In this document: piece after piece, positions 11,047 through 23,554 of the stretch | Position numbering within the stretch: position 1 is the stretch's first letter | Layout of the letters: every line of letters begins with the position of its first letter | NCBI GenBank assembly: GCA_030704615.1 | Contig: CM060733.1 | Coordinates: 73,718,001 to 73,782,000, forward strand | DNA length: 64,000 nucleotides | Direction of reading: 5' to 3' | Source: Takakia lepidozioides | Taxonomy: Eukaryota > Plantae > Bryophyta | Position numbers and translations under genes: made by a program | Notes under the pieces: model-generated | The model's database searches: none | Told to the model about the DNA's origin: nothing | The model's input: only the letters and a program-made list of their open reading frames with translations

Positions 11047-11283
11047 ATGCAAAGGGTAGATAGCTCTATCTTTCCTACTGGACCAACATTGGGAGACATA
11101 GTTATCAGCTATACAGTGCAGGGACAGCCACTAAATCAGCCCTTACTAACTTACTATAGGCACACCACGAGCTATGCCAATGGGGATCTGTGCCTCAGGA
11201 TGGTACACTCAGGTGTTCAAGCAATTTCCATACTATGGTTGATGGTAAACAACAGATGGGTGTCTAGGAGTTCTTGCTTGTAG
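11047..11283 (+). CDS. Small accessory ORF-b upstream of gag, unknown function
   Basis: ATG-initiated 78 aa; same motif pattern as ORF-a. Confidence 0.55.
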   Translation: MQRVDSSIFPTGPTLGDIVISYTVQGQPLNQPLLTYYRHTTSYANGDLCLRMVHSGVQAISILWLMVNNRWVSRSSCL

Positions 11284-11394
11284 AAACACATCAGGCAGAG
11301 AAGAATTACTGCTGAATGGAATGTGGATTCAGAATCCTTGAGTTTGCATTCTGATCACCCAAAGAATAATAGATTCCATCCAAAGAGCAAGCCA

Positions 11395-13100
11395 TGATTA
11401 GTCCTTCAGGTATTGACATTTTCTTTAGTGGGAAGGAAAGCGAGGATGTTGCAGATTGGCTTGATCGTCTGTAGATGGCGGGAGATGTAAGGGAGTATGC
11501 TGAAGACAAGATGGTGAAAGTGGCAAGGTTGAATCTCTTAGGCAAAGCAGATGCTTGGTATCGAAGACAGAACCCAAAGCCTGCGACATGGGATGAGTTT
11601 CAGGCAGCCATTGTGGAAACGTTTGGTCAGGTCGATCCAACCGAGCTGAAGATGAAGCTTGACTCAGTCAGACAGGAGCCAAGACAAAGGGTGCAGGCAT
11701 ACTTTGAACGGCTTGACAAGCTGTTCAAGCGAGGCACTATTGCAGATCTGGAGCAGAGGAGAAGGTTTATGGCAGGATTGCGACCAGAAATAATGCGACT
11801 GCTATTGGGAACCAGGTTTGCTAACATTGATGAAGCAGTAGAGAGAGCAGTAAAAGTGGAGAAAGGACTAGGGCAAATCGGAGAGACCCCTATGGAACCA
11901 ATGGAAGACGAAGAGGAAGCTGTTGACAGACCAATGTCTCAAATGGACAGACGCTTGGATGACCTCAATTTCACACTATGAAAGTATTTTGAGAAGGGAT
12001 CCACTCATTCTGAGGCCTCAGGGAGCCGTACCCCACCGCGTGGTATGACCACAGTGTGAAACAATTGTCAACAGGAAGGGCATGTAGCAGCATTCTGTCC
12101 ATCCGGGAGAACCCCTTTGAAATGTGGAAAATGCCACAAATTTGGGCACCGGACAGACCAGTGTGGTAAGCAATGCAACTTCTGCAAAATGTTGGGACAC
12201 ACGAAGGACCAATGCAGGGCAAAGGCAGCCATGAGATCAGGAGGAGTGCACGCCACCAACTTACTGGAGGTCATGTGTGATGATGAAGAGGCGGTCTTGG
12301 CTGAGCTAAATGAGATTATGGCAGGGAACACAGTCAATGAAGTTCGACTACCTAAGAAGAGGGTTCCTGTTCCATTACCAGTCCCCAAGTCCTACAGCAG
12401 ACAACAAAAAAGGAGAAGCAACAGAAGCTGCTGAGGAACATGCCAGACCACAACGGTTGGGCCATCCAAGTAAGATGCTACCAAGATGGTCTGAAACTAC
12501 AGCTGGAAGATCAAAAATACTTGATCACTTTTATAAGGGCCGTATCTCCATGTCACCAATGGATATGATCATGAGTATGCTAGAGGAGTTTGAGAAATTA
12601 AAGGGATTGGTCAAAGTGGTTGAGCGAGCCAAGGAGAGTAGCAGACAAACTAACTGGACTGCTGGAGCAAAACACACTGGTGTGCAACACGTTTCCAAAC
12701 AGCATGCAGTAGCCTATGCATACAATGGGAAGGTGAAGGCTCTTCACGCTATGGTAACCATAGGGGATTTCCAAGTGCTAGGACAGATCGACACAGGAGC
12801 TATGGTCTCTGTGATGGCAGCAAGCACAGCACGGGATTTGGGAATTATGAAGGAAGTATTAAATGACAAAGAGGTTGCTTACCGTGTGGCATCTGTTGAT
12901 TCGTCAACTTTCCCACCGTGACCTTGAGGTCCTCTAGCCTACCCATTGCTGTCTCCACTATCATTTATAGTGGTTGATACGGACAGCTACCACATGCTAC
13001 TAGGACTTGACTTCTTGAAGAAATTTGGGGCTGCAGTAGATACAGAGGCTGAAACACTGCGAATACGCTATGGACCTGGAACTGATGTGGCTTATTTTCC
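11395..13100 (+). pseudogene. gag: gag - aspartic protease, frameshifted
   Basis: Retrotrans-gag-like region, two CCHC knuckles, IDTGA and LLGLDFL protease motifs. Confidence 0.85.
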
Positions 13101-13646
13101 CTTGCACACAGTTGAGTTGGCTGACAACAAGATGCAGCAATTCCAGGAGCTGTGTGAGAACATATTGGTTGAGCCTGCAGAAGGGATATGGGACAGTAAG
13201 AATCAGATCTTTGCAGTATCGCAGGCTGAAGCTCCCAGGAACAATGTAATCCAAATTCCCAGTCATGATGAGTGGGAAGAGGAATCAGAAGAATGGGAGA
13301 CAGATTTGGAGACTGGATCACAATACATGGAGGAAGAACTAGGGCAGCACAACTATGATGAACTGATCAGGGTTGCGGACATAGAGGATCATGAGCTAGA
13401 GGACCAGGGTTTGGGAACATTGCTTGAACAAGAGGCACACCAAGGCATGACCAGGTTGATCCTAAGGGATGCCTATAACAAGGCATGGGAAAATGAACTC
13501 CAGGAAGAAAATGAAGGGGAAGACGATTTTCAGGACTGGTTGAGGGTCACTGCTCTTGAAGAAAAGGGAACGTTACCAGAGAGCCCATATACTCTGTCTC
13601 TGGGGAAATGGACAGGACAAGTAAGGAAGTGCCAAGTCGTTGGTAG

Positions 13647-14403
13647 ATGCTGAGAGCAAGGCTGAAGCTAAGCAACCAGTTGACAGAGATGCAAAGAGAA
13701 CAGATGTTGGCCATGCTGGAGCAGAACCAAGAGGCATTTGCCCTCAGCAAGGCAGATCTGGGTTTTTGCAAGGACGTGGAACATTACATAGACACTCAGG
13801 GCTTTCCACCATGCAGGAGTCGAGCAAACAGGCTGTCGGAGTGGGAAGAGAAGGAGGTGCAATCACAAATAGAAGCGTTAATCAAACAAGGAAAAATGAA
13901 ACCAAGTGCCTCGGAGTATAGTTCTCCAGTCACTTTGCCACCAAAGAAGGATGGGAGTAAGCGCTTTTGCGGTGACTACAGACCCCTAAATCAGCAAACC
14001 AGGAGAGACTCATACCCCATGCCACTGATTCGTGATGTCTTACAACAGCTGGGAAAGGCCAGCTGGTTTTCAGCACTAGATCTACAAAGTGGCTTTTGGC
14101 AGATGAGCGAGCAAGATATCAAGAAGACTGCCATAATTACCAGATCAGGTCTTTATGAGTGGCTGGTGATGCCTTTTGGGCTGAAAAATGCCACAGCAAC
14201 TTTTCAGCGAGCAATGAACACCATTTTAACTTAGGAAATTAAAGAATACGCGAAGGTGTTTGTGGATGACATAAATGTCCACAACACAGAATGGGAGTCT
14301 CACCTGAGGCATGTTGAAAGCATTCTACAGCGGTTGAATGAGAGCAATCTGAAGCTGAACCCTGAGAAGTGCGAATTTGGGAAACAAGAACTGGTGTTCC
14401 TCG
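13647..14403 (+). pseudogene. pol: Reverse transcriptase, 3' truncated
   Basis: RFCGDYRPLN, LDLQSGFWQ, MPFGLKNA, FVDD. Confidence 0.93.
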
Positions 14404-15094
14404 GAGGTTTACTATTTCATGAACGCATGAGCCCATGAGCCTATGAGCCTATGAGCTCATGAGCGGGCATCCGCGGAATTGGAATTTTCCTGCCTTTATT
14501 GACGGTGTTATGTCCTCTTACCTCGGTAATAGGGTCTGTTTCTCCTGGTCCAGGATGCGGAATGAGGTATTTCGGCGCCATTATTCCCAAGAGCAGTGTG
14601 CTAAAATGGTGTTTTGAAGACATCCACCGGGGTATTTCGGCACCGAAATTACCTCTTAAAATGTGATATAGTGCGGTATTTAATGGCGCAGAATGGGCTA
14701 TTTGGGCGCCGAAATACCCAAGTGGGATGTGCTGAAGTGCCTTGTGCTGAAGGCTTCCATCGCGATATTTTGGTACAGTAATTCATCCGTGGAATTTTTT
14801 AGGCCCATATAACGAAGGCGTGCATTGGGCTATTTCGGCGCCAAATTTCCCAATATGAATGTTAGAAACGGCAGGGTTTTCATGGCTTCAAGTTCTCGGC
14901 TCGATGTGTGTATAAATTACTTGTAGGGTTCTTCACTGAAGTTTGCGTCTCTTCTACTTTTATTATACATTTTGGTTGGCGGAAGAAATGTAGGGAATCG
15001 GACAAGCAGTCTGAACACAATGATTTTTCAAATCGTCAATATTTTCATTAAGTGTTTCAGAACTGTACAACAAAAGGATCCAAATGAGACTTTG

Positions 15095-17005
15095 CTATGG
15101 TGAGGATCCGCTATCACTGTCCGATGCATCCCCGGCCTCATGCAAGGATGGCTGCCTTCCACCTGCCTCCGAACCTGCACTGCCGCTACCGCTGTTACTC
15201 TGAGAAGCCCTCCCCTCAAAAATACCATCCTCACCAGCCGGAACTGTCCACCTGGGTGCGGAAGTGTCCTCAACATTCCCCTCGTTCTCGGACGCGGATT
15301 CTATTACGAACTTCCCTACTCTGCCTTTCACAATTCTATGTTTGGCCTCACGCCTCATTATAATTCTCTGCTCATTCCCGTATGTCAATTGCTCTAACCG
15401 AGTAGGCCTATCCTCCCTCCTGATGGCTTCTCTGGCAGCCGTGTCTGCATAGGCTGGTAGAAAAAAAAGCTTATGGGGACTCACGAGAAACGATTTTCTG
15501 GCAAAGAATGGCCGATGCGATTCTGTCTCCTCCTCTGCAACAGGGTCCGATTCGGGCAAGTCTCCCAGCTTCTCCTCGTCGGACGACTCTGCAAGGCTGA
15601 GTGTACGCACAAACATAGAATGAAGTACATTAGAGAATTCAAACAGGGAATCATTAGGTTGCATGGTCCCTACAACCGAAACCAATACATTTACTATGGT
15701 GCAACTCACTCGAAGACAGGCATTGGGGGAAGCGGCTTCGGGCGCCCCTGCATCGAACGAATTTCCTGGACTTCCTCCTCTTCATCTTCCTCCTCCCCTT
15801 CCACGTCATCTTCTGCGTTTTTGGGATCCTCAGTCGGAGGCAAACGCTGAAGGCCCGCCAAATTGTAATCGTACAAGGCCGTATCCCCCTCAAATGAGAA
15901 CACAAATCGGTTCGACATCCTTCCCGCCCACATACAGGCACCTGCAAATTCATACGACACAACCACAACCAAACTCAAGAATGAGTCACTTCCTCGCACA
16001 AGCAAACATACACAAACGGAAATGGTGTCAATTTCGGTGCCGCATTCAATTAACGTTCTCACCTGTGTTTGCAGTGACGTCGAGGACCCTGCCTTCAACA
16101 TCCGTACATGTTTCCATGAGCGTCTGGATGAATGCAGGACTCCTGGTCCTGCCATACCTCCATGGCTTGCCCGACAAATCACAAAGAATGTCCTTCTCTC
16201 CCACATGGTTGAACAGGACGTTATACTCCAGTGGATCAACTGTGGAATCAACAAGTCTTCCTGCTTCACGTAATTTGAATTTCGAATGTTCCTTCACGAA
16301 GCAAAATGCCTAAAAGATAAGAGTCTGCAGAGAAGGAAATGTCCTGGAGGTTTTGCTCCTCCGCAAGCTCCAGCAGGTTCTGATCGTCGCCAAGTCGTAC
16401 CACGTTGTCGTCCTCTCCTTCTGTCAGCTCAATGGGCCGCCCTTCTGCAGATCCAACTCCCACATCTCCAGCGGCCTCCACCGCATCCGTGTTTTTTGAA
16501 ATTGATTGCAAACCCAATATCTCCGCTTCCAGTCTCCCTAGGGGTTTTACTGGCGAAGCCATGGGCTCCTTCTGCTTCATCGGCTTCCGAACTCTAGGTG
16601 GGCTTTTCTGAGGCGATATCTGAGGTGTTGAATGAGGACTCGCCTGCCTCGATGCACTTCTACCTTGCGAGCGCAGCACCCGGGCAGGAGTATCCAAAGT
16701 TGACTGTGTTGCCTCGCCCCCCTGCGATCCCTCCCCAGCTCCCATTTCAAACAAACAGGAAAACATGAGACACTGCACGCCAAAAAAAAGGTGTAAAAGG
16801 AATATTGCGTATGGAGTGCTTCACATCCGCAAAGCACGAATCTCACTGGTGGGCGATCCGAGTATCCGGATAACGAGGTCTGCATTTCATGCATGAGACG
16901 GAGCTTAAGTCGTATCGTCGGCGGCTTCCCAAAATCCCGCGTCCTCCTTCTCTTTGCCGGAGTCGCCTCACCTTCCACAAACTCTATGCTATCACTATGC
17001 CGCAT
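15095..17005 (-). pseudogene. Spliced gene with degenerate beta-class N4/N6 DNA methyltransferase-like SAM-binding region and acidic tail
   Basis: GT-AG introns 15942-16062 and 15597-15709 join exons in frame, giving RTRSPAFIQTLMETCTDVEGRVLDVTANTG|ACMWAGRMSNRFVFSFEGD (compare K...L..LI...T..G..VLDPFAGSGTT..AA...GR..IG.E.D). TAG at 16310-16312; apparent internal deletion near 16345; no DPPY/SPPY motif seen. Confidence 0.6.
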
Positions 17006-18099
17006 AAGGAGAGGAAACGCATGAGAATGTCACTGCAGAAGGGCAAGGAGCGAGAGAGCGAAGCGGTGGAACATGCAACCACTATGCACGAGCAAATGTG
17101 TAAGCAGCCACGTCTCCCGAAGCGTTGCCACCGTCCACCACTTTCTGCCGTATGGGTGTGATGAAGAGATTGTGACCCCTGACACGTTCGCACGGATGAA
17201 GTCGACTGGAACACGACGCGTGCCAGTTCCAGCCACCAGTACAAGACAGTTTATCCGAATTGCGGCACCGAAATACCTTCCGTTCACCGGATACTGTTCC
17301 CGGAGCAGCCGACATTGAATGAAATATCCGCACATCATGAAACCCAACCGCCATGAAAATCCCCTGCCTATGACATTCAACAGTCAGGTCGGTACGTTTC
17401 ATCAGCGGACGGATGAATTTCGGCGCCGAAATTCATCCTATTCAAGTGCTTTCATACACAAACTTACAAATTTCGGCGCCGCAATTCATCGCTTCCCAAG
17501 TCCTCATTCGTCATGAGCAAACCTGTCGGTGGGATATCGGAGCCGGAATTAATTCCGGGACAGTGGAAACGGCTGCACTTGGGCACATTTCATCCATATT
17601 TCGGCGCCGAAATTCATCCAGAGCGAAGACTAAATCGGCACCATGCTATGCTTTGCCGCCATCATTGCCCCTGACGGATGCTGTCCATGCCTGTTGGACT
17701 TGCCATTTCTGGACATTTAACTATAATTTCGGCGCCGAAATTATACTTTATGTGCGGGCAACGTCCCGTGCGAAAAAGACCACTTAATGGATACTGTCGG
17801 TTTCAAATGAAAAAAACGGCTAAAATGCAATTAATTTTGACAGAAGGGGTTCTATATGCCGATTTCTCCATTAAATGCAGAATATTCCTGTTATCTTCGT
17901 CGGAACGGGGTATTTCCAACGATTTACGAAAAATTATATCATCCAGAAGCAAAAAGTAAGTGTCGGGTTTGGACGAATTTCGGCGCCGAAATTCATCCAT
18001 TTCAAAGAAAAATAAATATTGAAGGGAGGGCATTGGATGAATTTCGGCGCCGAAATCCGGCGCTCAAACCCTGAAAAGAATTTGGAGGGATGAAGTCGG

Positions 18100-18795
18100 T
18101 TGAATTTCGGCGCCGAAATTCATTGCTCGCGAAGAAAAAAAAAAATCGGGAGGACTTCAGATGAATTTCGGCGCCGAAATTCATTGCTCGCGAAGAGAAA
18201 GAAAAATTCGGGAGGACTTCGGATGAATTTCGGCGCCGAAATTCATTGCTGGCGAAGAAAAAATAAAATTCGGGAGGACTTCGGATGAATTTCGGCGCCG
18301 AAATTCATTGCTCGCGAAGAAAAAAGAAAATTAAAAGGGAGGACTTCGGATGAATTTCGGTGCCGAAATTCATTGCTCGCGAAGAAAAAAAAATTTCTGG
18401 AGGACTTCGGATGAATTTCGGCGCCGAAATTCATGGCTTGCGAAGAAAAAAAATTCGGGGGACTTCGGATGAATTTCGGCGCCGAAATTCATTGCTTGCG
18501 AAGAAAAAAAAAATTCGGGAGGACTTCGGATGAATTTCGGCGCCGAAATTCATTGCTTGAAAAAAATAAAAGGACTTCGGATGAATTTCGGCACCGAAAT
18601 TCATTGCTCGCGAAGAAAAAAAAAAATAGAAGGGAGTACTTCGGATGAATTTCGGCGCCGAAATTCATTGCTTGCGAAGAAAAATAAAATTCGGGAGGAC
18701 TTCGGATGAATTTCGGCGCCGAAATTCATTGCTCGCGAAGAAAAAAGAAAATTAGAAAGGGAGTACTTGGATGAGGTTCGGCGCCGAAGTTCATC
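18100..18795. repeat. ~60-bp tandem array (~12 units) built on the 24-bp palindrome ATGAATTTCGGCGCCGAAATTCAT plus an A-tract
   Basis: Unit ggaggacttcggATGAATTTCGGCGCCGAAATTCATtgctcgcgaagaaaaaaaaattcg read directly. Confidence 0.95.
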
Positions 18796-19599
18796 TGTCG
18801 CAAAGAAAAAAAAAAAAAAAAAAAAAAAAAACTTCAGATGCATTTCGGCACCGAAATCCATCCGCAGGGTAGCAGAATTAGGGTCGGAAAAGGAGATGAA
18901 GAATGAATTTCGGCGCTGAAATATATCCATTCTGCCGATTCAGGATTACTGTCATTCGGATGTCGGCACCGATATCCGGACACATGGTGAATCACGACTG
19001 TAATGAGGAACACATTCATCCGTATTTTGGCATCCAAATTCAACCCTCATGTGCAGAAACAATTTGATGAAGAAGATGTTCATCCGAATTTTGGCACCGA
19101 AATCCATCCGTTGGGTGCTTGGTCAGTTTTATGAGGTGAACAAATTACTATTTCTGTCGCCGGAATTCATCCCTGGCTTCCAAAGTTGTTACATGACAGA
19201 GATGTTCATCCAGATTTCGGTGCCAAAATTCATGGGAAGGCCTGATTTATTGTAGCCCAAGTGGTTGTACATTACAATTCAGACACCAAATATCCGATGT
19301 GAATTTGCTGTTGTCGTCCGTTTTTGTAACGTACGTTACACACCTTCATCTTTACGTGCACTGATCACCCATCTTGTTGGATACGGAATCCTCCAGAAAA
19401 TCATTTGTGTTATTAGGTAGGACACACTCTTCTCACTGCAGGACTTCGCTGCGGAGCATACCGAGAGGTCCCGTCTTCAACATGGACTCCCGTATTTGGG
19501 TAAACGTGTACTTCCATCCTGATTCTCTGAAAGCTAAAATACGTTCCACGAAATCCAATTCCCAGTCGTCATCCTCCTCCCACGAGAAGCTCTTCGCCC

Positions 19600-19990
19600 G
19601 CATACCGGTGGGTGACCCCGCAGCTTGGCCCACCCATCGGTGGGGGAAACTGAAAAGACGGCGGCCACCAACAAAGGCGAACGACACCAGGATAGCCAAC
19701 GCTCTTGCAATGCCCTGCATAGTGTAAGGTTGCAGGGATGTTCCTCACCCCGGGATGGGGCGCATATTTCAGTTGTCAACAGCCGGGTCTGCTGCGCGCA
19801 GTGTCGTGTATACAATCACGGTTTCACAGTACCCAACTTGCAACTGTGAGGACTTCCTTGTTATGGAATCGAAGAATGCAGCATACGTCCCCTACAAGCA
19901 CCTTTATTACATTTTTCTGAAGCACATGAGTTGCATATCCGCAGTGGACGTCTTCATCCATGCTCCAACACTGTTTTCAACGAGCTGCAC
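19600..19990 (+). pseudogene. SWIM zinc-finger C-terminal remnant of a MULE transposase
   Basis: HRWGKLKRRRPPTKAND...CNCEDF...PYKHLYY is homologous to 8960-9355; no DDE core. Confidence 0.85.
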
Positions 19991-20875
19991 AAGGCCAGCT
20001 GCACAGCCCTACGGCAGGATACTGGTCGGACTGCTTGACATTCCACATTCGGGAAGGAGAAAGTGGCAATTATATTACATCCATCTTCTTGCACCTATTT
20101 TTTTGTGAGGAATTATACACTTGGTGGTGCCGCATCGCCATGGCTACATGTGAATTTCGGTGCCGCAATACATGAAAATGTGGTTTTTGGCCATGAATGG
20201 CATGCGCATGCTTTTTTATTTTGGTTGTCTACAAATGGATCCGAGTAAAGCATACATTGTGTGGAGATTAACGGGCATTGAGGCCTATTTCAGCGCCGTT
20301 TATGGTCTGTGTACTGCATAGTGCTTCCTTGTTACTGCTCTTCATTCAATTTGTAGTGATTTCGCAGCCCATCCTGGCGTTTTCGTCCACCTTTATGAGA
20401 AGACTCCAATTTGCTACAATACATTGTTATGTTCTGCAAATGTGATGCCTTTACAAGATTGCTAGTTCTATGTCCCAGTGGGAAGGGTCCTACTGCACAT
20501 TCCAGCATTTGCATACTGCACCTTGTGCAAACAGCAATCCATACGACAAAGGACACGTCCCAGCATATTGGCAGTGAATTGCAAAAAACCTTAACAGAAT
20601 ATTATCCAAGCATGTATCCCCATATGGCATAGGGAAGCTGCTTGATTTCTGAATGAAAATGTATGTGCCATGAGTGTCGGTGAGTCGAAACATGTCTACT
20701 CTAGCATGCAAGACCTATGGTCCCCTCGCCCAAGAAGAAGGAACTCTAACTGGCCTCTCAAGGACCTCCTGAGTGACCGGGTGCCTATATTTGAACAAAA
20801 TGTCAGTGGTTTCTGTCGCCCGGTTGAAACTAACGAGGATGTCGTGTTTATCGATAGCGCCCCCTTGGTAGAAGG

Positions 20876-22402
20876 GACTGCAGACTCAAGTGGAAGACCT
20901 CACTTCAAATATCGACAAAAGAGCCTATATACCTGAGGAACAGTTAATGGCTTCTTATTTACAAGCCAGAACTTTGGCTTTCAGTCTTCTTCACAGGAGG
21001 TGCAGGAGATGCCAATGATACAAGAGCCAGTACCACCAACACCACAACAAGTCACTGTACCAGTAGCTGGACTTGTGTTTCCTACAACCACACCACAGCC
21101 ACCACAGCCTGAGGTATGGGGCAATGCTGCTTTTAACCCACCTAAAACTCCAGCTGCAAGGGAGTACAGTAGGGCTATGATTATGCCCTTCAACCAAATT
21201 CCCATCATGTTGGATTTGGCTTGGAAAGAATTTAGTCATCCGCAGTCATTCGCACATTACTACCAAATCATGCGCATTTGGCTGCCAGTGGCAACTAGGA
21301 CTAAAGTTCTTCCGAACAATCGACATATTGAGGATCATCACTTTGCACAATACTGGCATCAAGTACATGTTGAATGAATTGCCTTCCAAGTTGTACATGG
21401 ATTCATTATACCAAGACCAAGGAGGTAGCAAGTATTGTCATGGGATGCGGGGTTATACTACGCTGCTTGTTTTCTGGTACGTTATCACATTGAGCAACAC
21501 AAGATGCAATCGCGCTTTCTGAGTTATTCCAGTGGGGATCATTGGGTCTTACCTTTAGTGCCACCTCATATGTACCTACATGAGGCAAAAGTTATGATGC
21601 AAAAGGATTCTCAAATTCGTTCATGGTTTCAAGCGGCCTGGAACAATTTGTCAACACAGAAATTCGGCATTGATGATATATTCTATAAGGGACATGTGGC
21701 ATGGAAATACTTGCACGGTGCACAAGTAATTGGTACCCCACTCACCTGGACTGACAAGGAGCTCAGTGTCTTCACTTTATGGTATGGAAGCTTTACTTCC
21801 AGTGGAATTCTTGTTACCTACCATGAGAACTGAATGGGGAAAGAGAATGGAATTGGAAGATTCAATTAAGGTCAGGAAACATGAATTATACCATGTGGAA
21901 GAAGTACGTGTGATGCAGCTGATAACATGACCTGAATTCAGATGAAGAGGAAGGAACAGTTTGATGAAGGCAAATTAAAGACTTGTAGTGTGAAAAGAAG
22001 GGGCGTGAATCCCCTTTTGCTGTTCAGCGTTTACAGCAAGTTTTAAAATATAAACTTCCAGACATGGTAGGACAACATTGTATGCCGCAGAGGATTCCAC
22101 AAAAAGTTCGACAATTAAAACACCTGAGAGGCGATGAGGATTCTGATACAACTGTTTCTTCAGTGGATTCTTTTGACATGGGAGAAGACTATGCAATTCA
22201 GATGGCAGAGAAGAAGCGACGGGGGTCTCCTATGCCTGAAAGGTTACCTCGATATCAGCCTCCAGAGGGCCTCACTTATCCGGGTAGTGTTCAATCAACT
22301 CCGTCAACCAGTGACAGACCTCGGGCTCGTACACAGTCCGCACGAAACTCTCAACGTCAGAAAGGTGCTCACTCACAAAGGTTTGCTAATCGCAATCAGT
22401 AA
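20876..22402 (+). pseudogene. 3' part of extra ORF3 of the third gypsy family (belongs with copy B; inverted)
   Basis: Near-identical to 43075-44374; contains an intercalated integrase fragment ~21778-21985. Confidence 0.85.
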
Positions 22403-22440
22403 ACCGTGAGGACACGGCTTTTTGAGAGGGGAATGGGTAA

Positions 22441-23418
22441 TGTTAGAGGACTGTCTGGGACTTAGACACTTATACGGGATCTGTAGGGTACCCTTAATTT
22501 TTGCACAGACTGAGACCAACATGAGCCTTAGGGGTGACAGCAGCGCACTTTAGAAGGGGGTTACACAGCATCACAGCCAACAGTCACAACACAGCCCGTC
22601 ACAGCTTCACACAGCCCGACACAGCCACACAGCCAACACAGCCCGTCACAGCCGCCACACAGCCAGTAACAGCCGACACAGCCAACACAGTCGCACAGCC
22701 AGTCACAGCCCGACACAGCCGGTCACAACCCGTCACAGTTTCACACAGCCAGTCACAGCTTGACACAGCTGTCACGACCATAGGGAAAGGATAGCAGGAC
22801 AGGGAACGACTATGGGGAACAACACCTGCGAAGGGAACATGTTAGTTCACGGACGACGGTTAGTGAGGGAAGCGGTTAAGAACAACGGGTAGGAAGATAA
22901 AACGAGGAGCAAGGACTGAAGGGGGGCACTTCACGGGGAGACTTCTTGGTCATGCATGAGAGGGGATCGGGCGAAGAGCAAGAACGGAAGCAAAGATGGA
23001 GAGCACGGTGAAGGAGGAGAGATGATTAGTAGATGCTTGTTATATGCAAAGCTGTAGTGATATTGTAGAGCAGATTAGAGACACAATGGTTTCGGCCTGA
23101 TACCTGATAAATCATAATCTGATACTTATACGATACAATCACACTGTGTAGAGAGATCTGAGTGAAGCTGTGGAATGAATGGATGAGTTGATGGAATCCG
23201 ATAGATTGATGAAGCAAACTGATACTTAATTATCAATGGTAAGGTAGCTAACATGAATGCGGAAAGGGAAACAAATAGGAAACACCCCCATGATACACTA
23301 GCTGTAGGTCATGACTGATTGTTCTGAGCGGGCTGAGTACTTAGAGATTTCCAACTCTTCTATCTTGGAGTTTCCGCCTCGGATAGCGAAGGGATGGGTG
23401 AGTAAAAGCCGCGCGACA
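22441..23418 (+). repeat. LTR (3' LTR of copy B)
   Basis: TGTTAGAGG...GCGCGACA, preceded by PPT GAGAGGGGAATGGG and followed by TSD CTCAT. Confidence 0.95.
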
Positions 23419-23554
23419 CTCATGGCCTGCCACAGTGTCCAATACCGCTTCTGTGAATGGCAATGGGAAAGGATCTTTCTTCGTTCAAACATTCAACTTC
23501 TTATAGTTCACACAAACTCTCAATTTACCATTCTTCTTGGTCACAATGGGTTTG

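Larger units (their letters stand above)
10631..14403 (+). mobile_element. Second Ty3/gypsy family (PBS, two extra ORFs, gag, PR, RT), truncated by the MULE-like element
   Basis: PBS; gag with RVQAYF...FMAGL and zinc knuckles (CHKFGHRTDQC, CKMLGHTKDQC); protease IDTGA (~12788); RT ends at KQELVFLG where the TIR begins. Confidence 0.88.
14404..20875 (+). mobile_element. Non-autonomous MULE-like DNA transposon, left part
   Basis: TIR at 14404 interrupts RT; subterminal TTTCGGCGCCGAAAT motifs; SWIM remnant homologous to 8960-9355. Confidence 0.75.

Noticed and set aside
18100-18795. CRISPR-like array (24-bp palindromic repeats with ~36-bp spacers; also 37655-38690)
   Set aside because: The spacers are near-identical to each other, there are no cas genes, and the context is a eukaryotic transposon.
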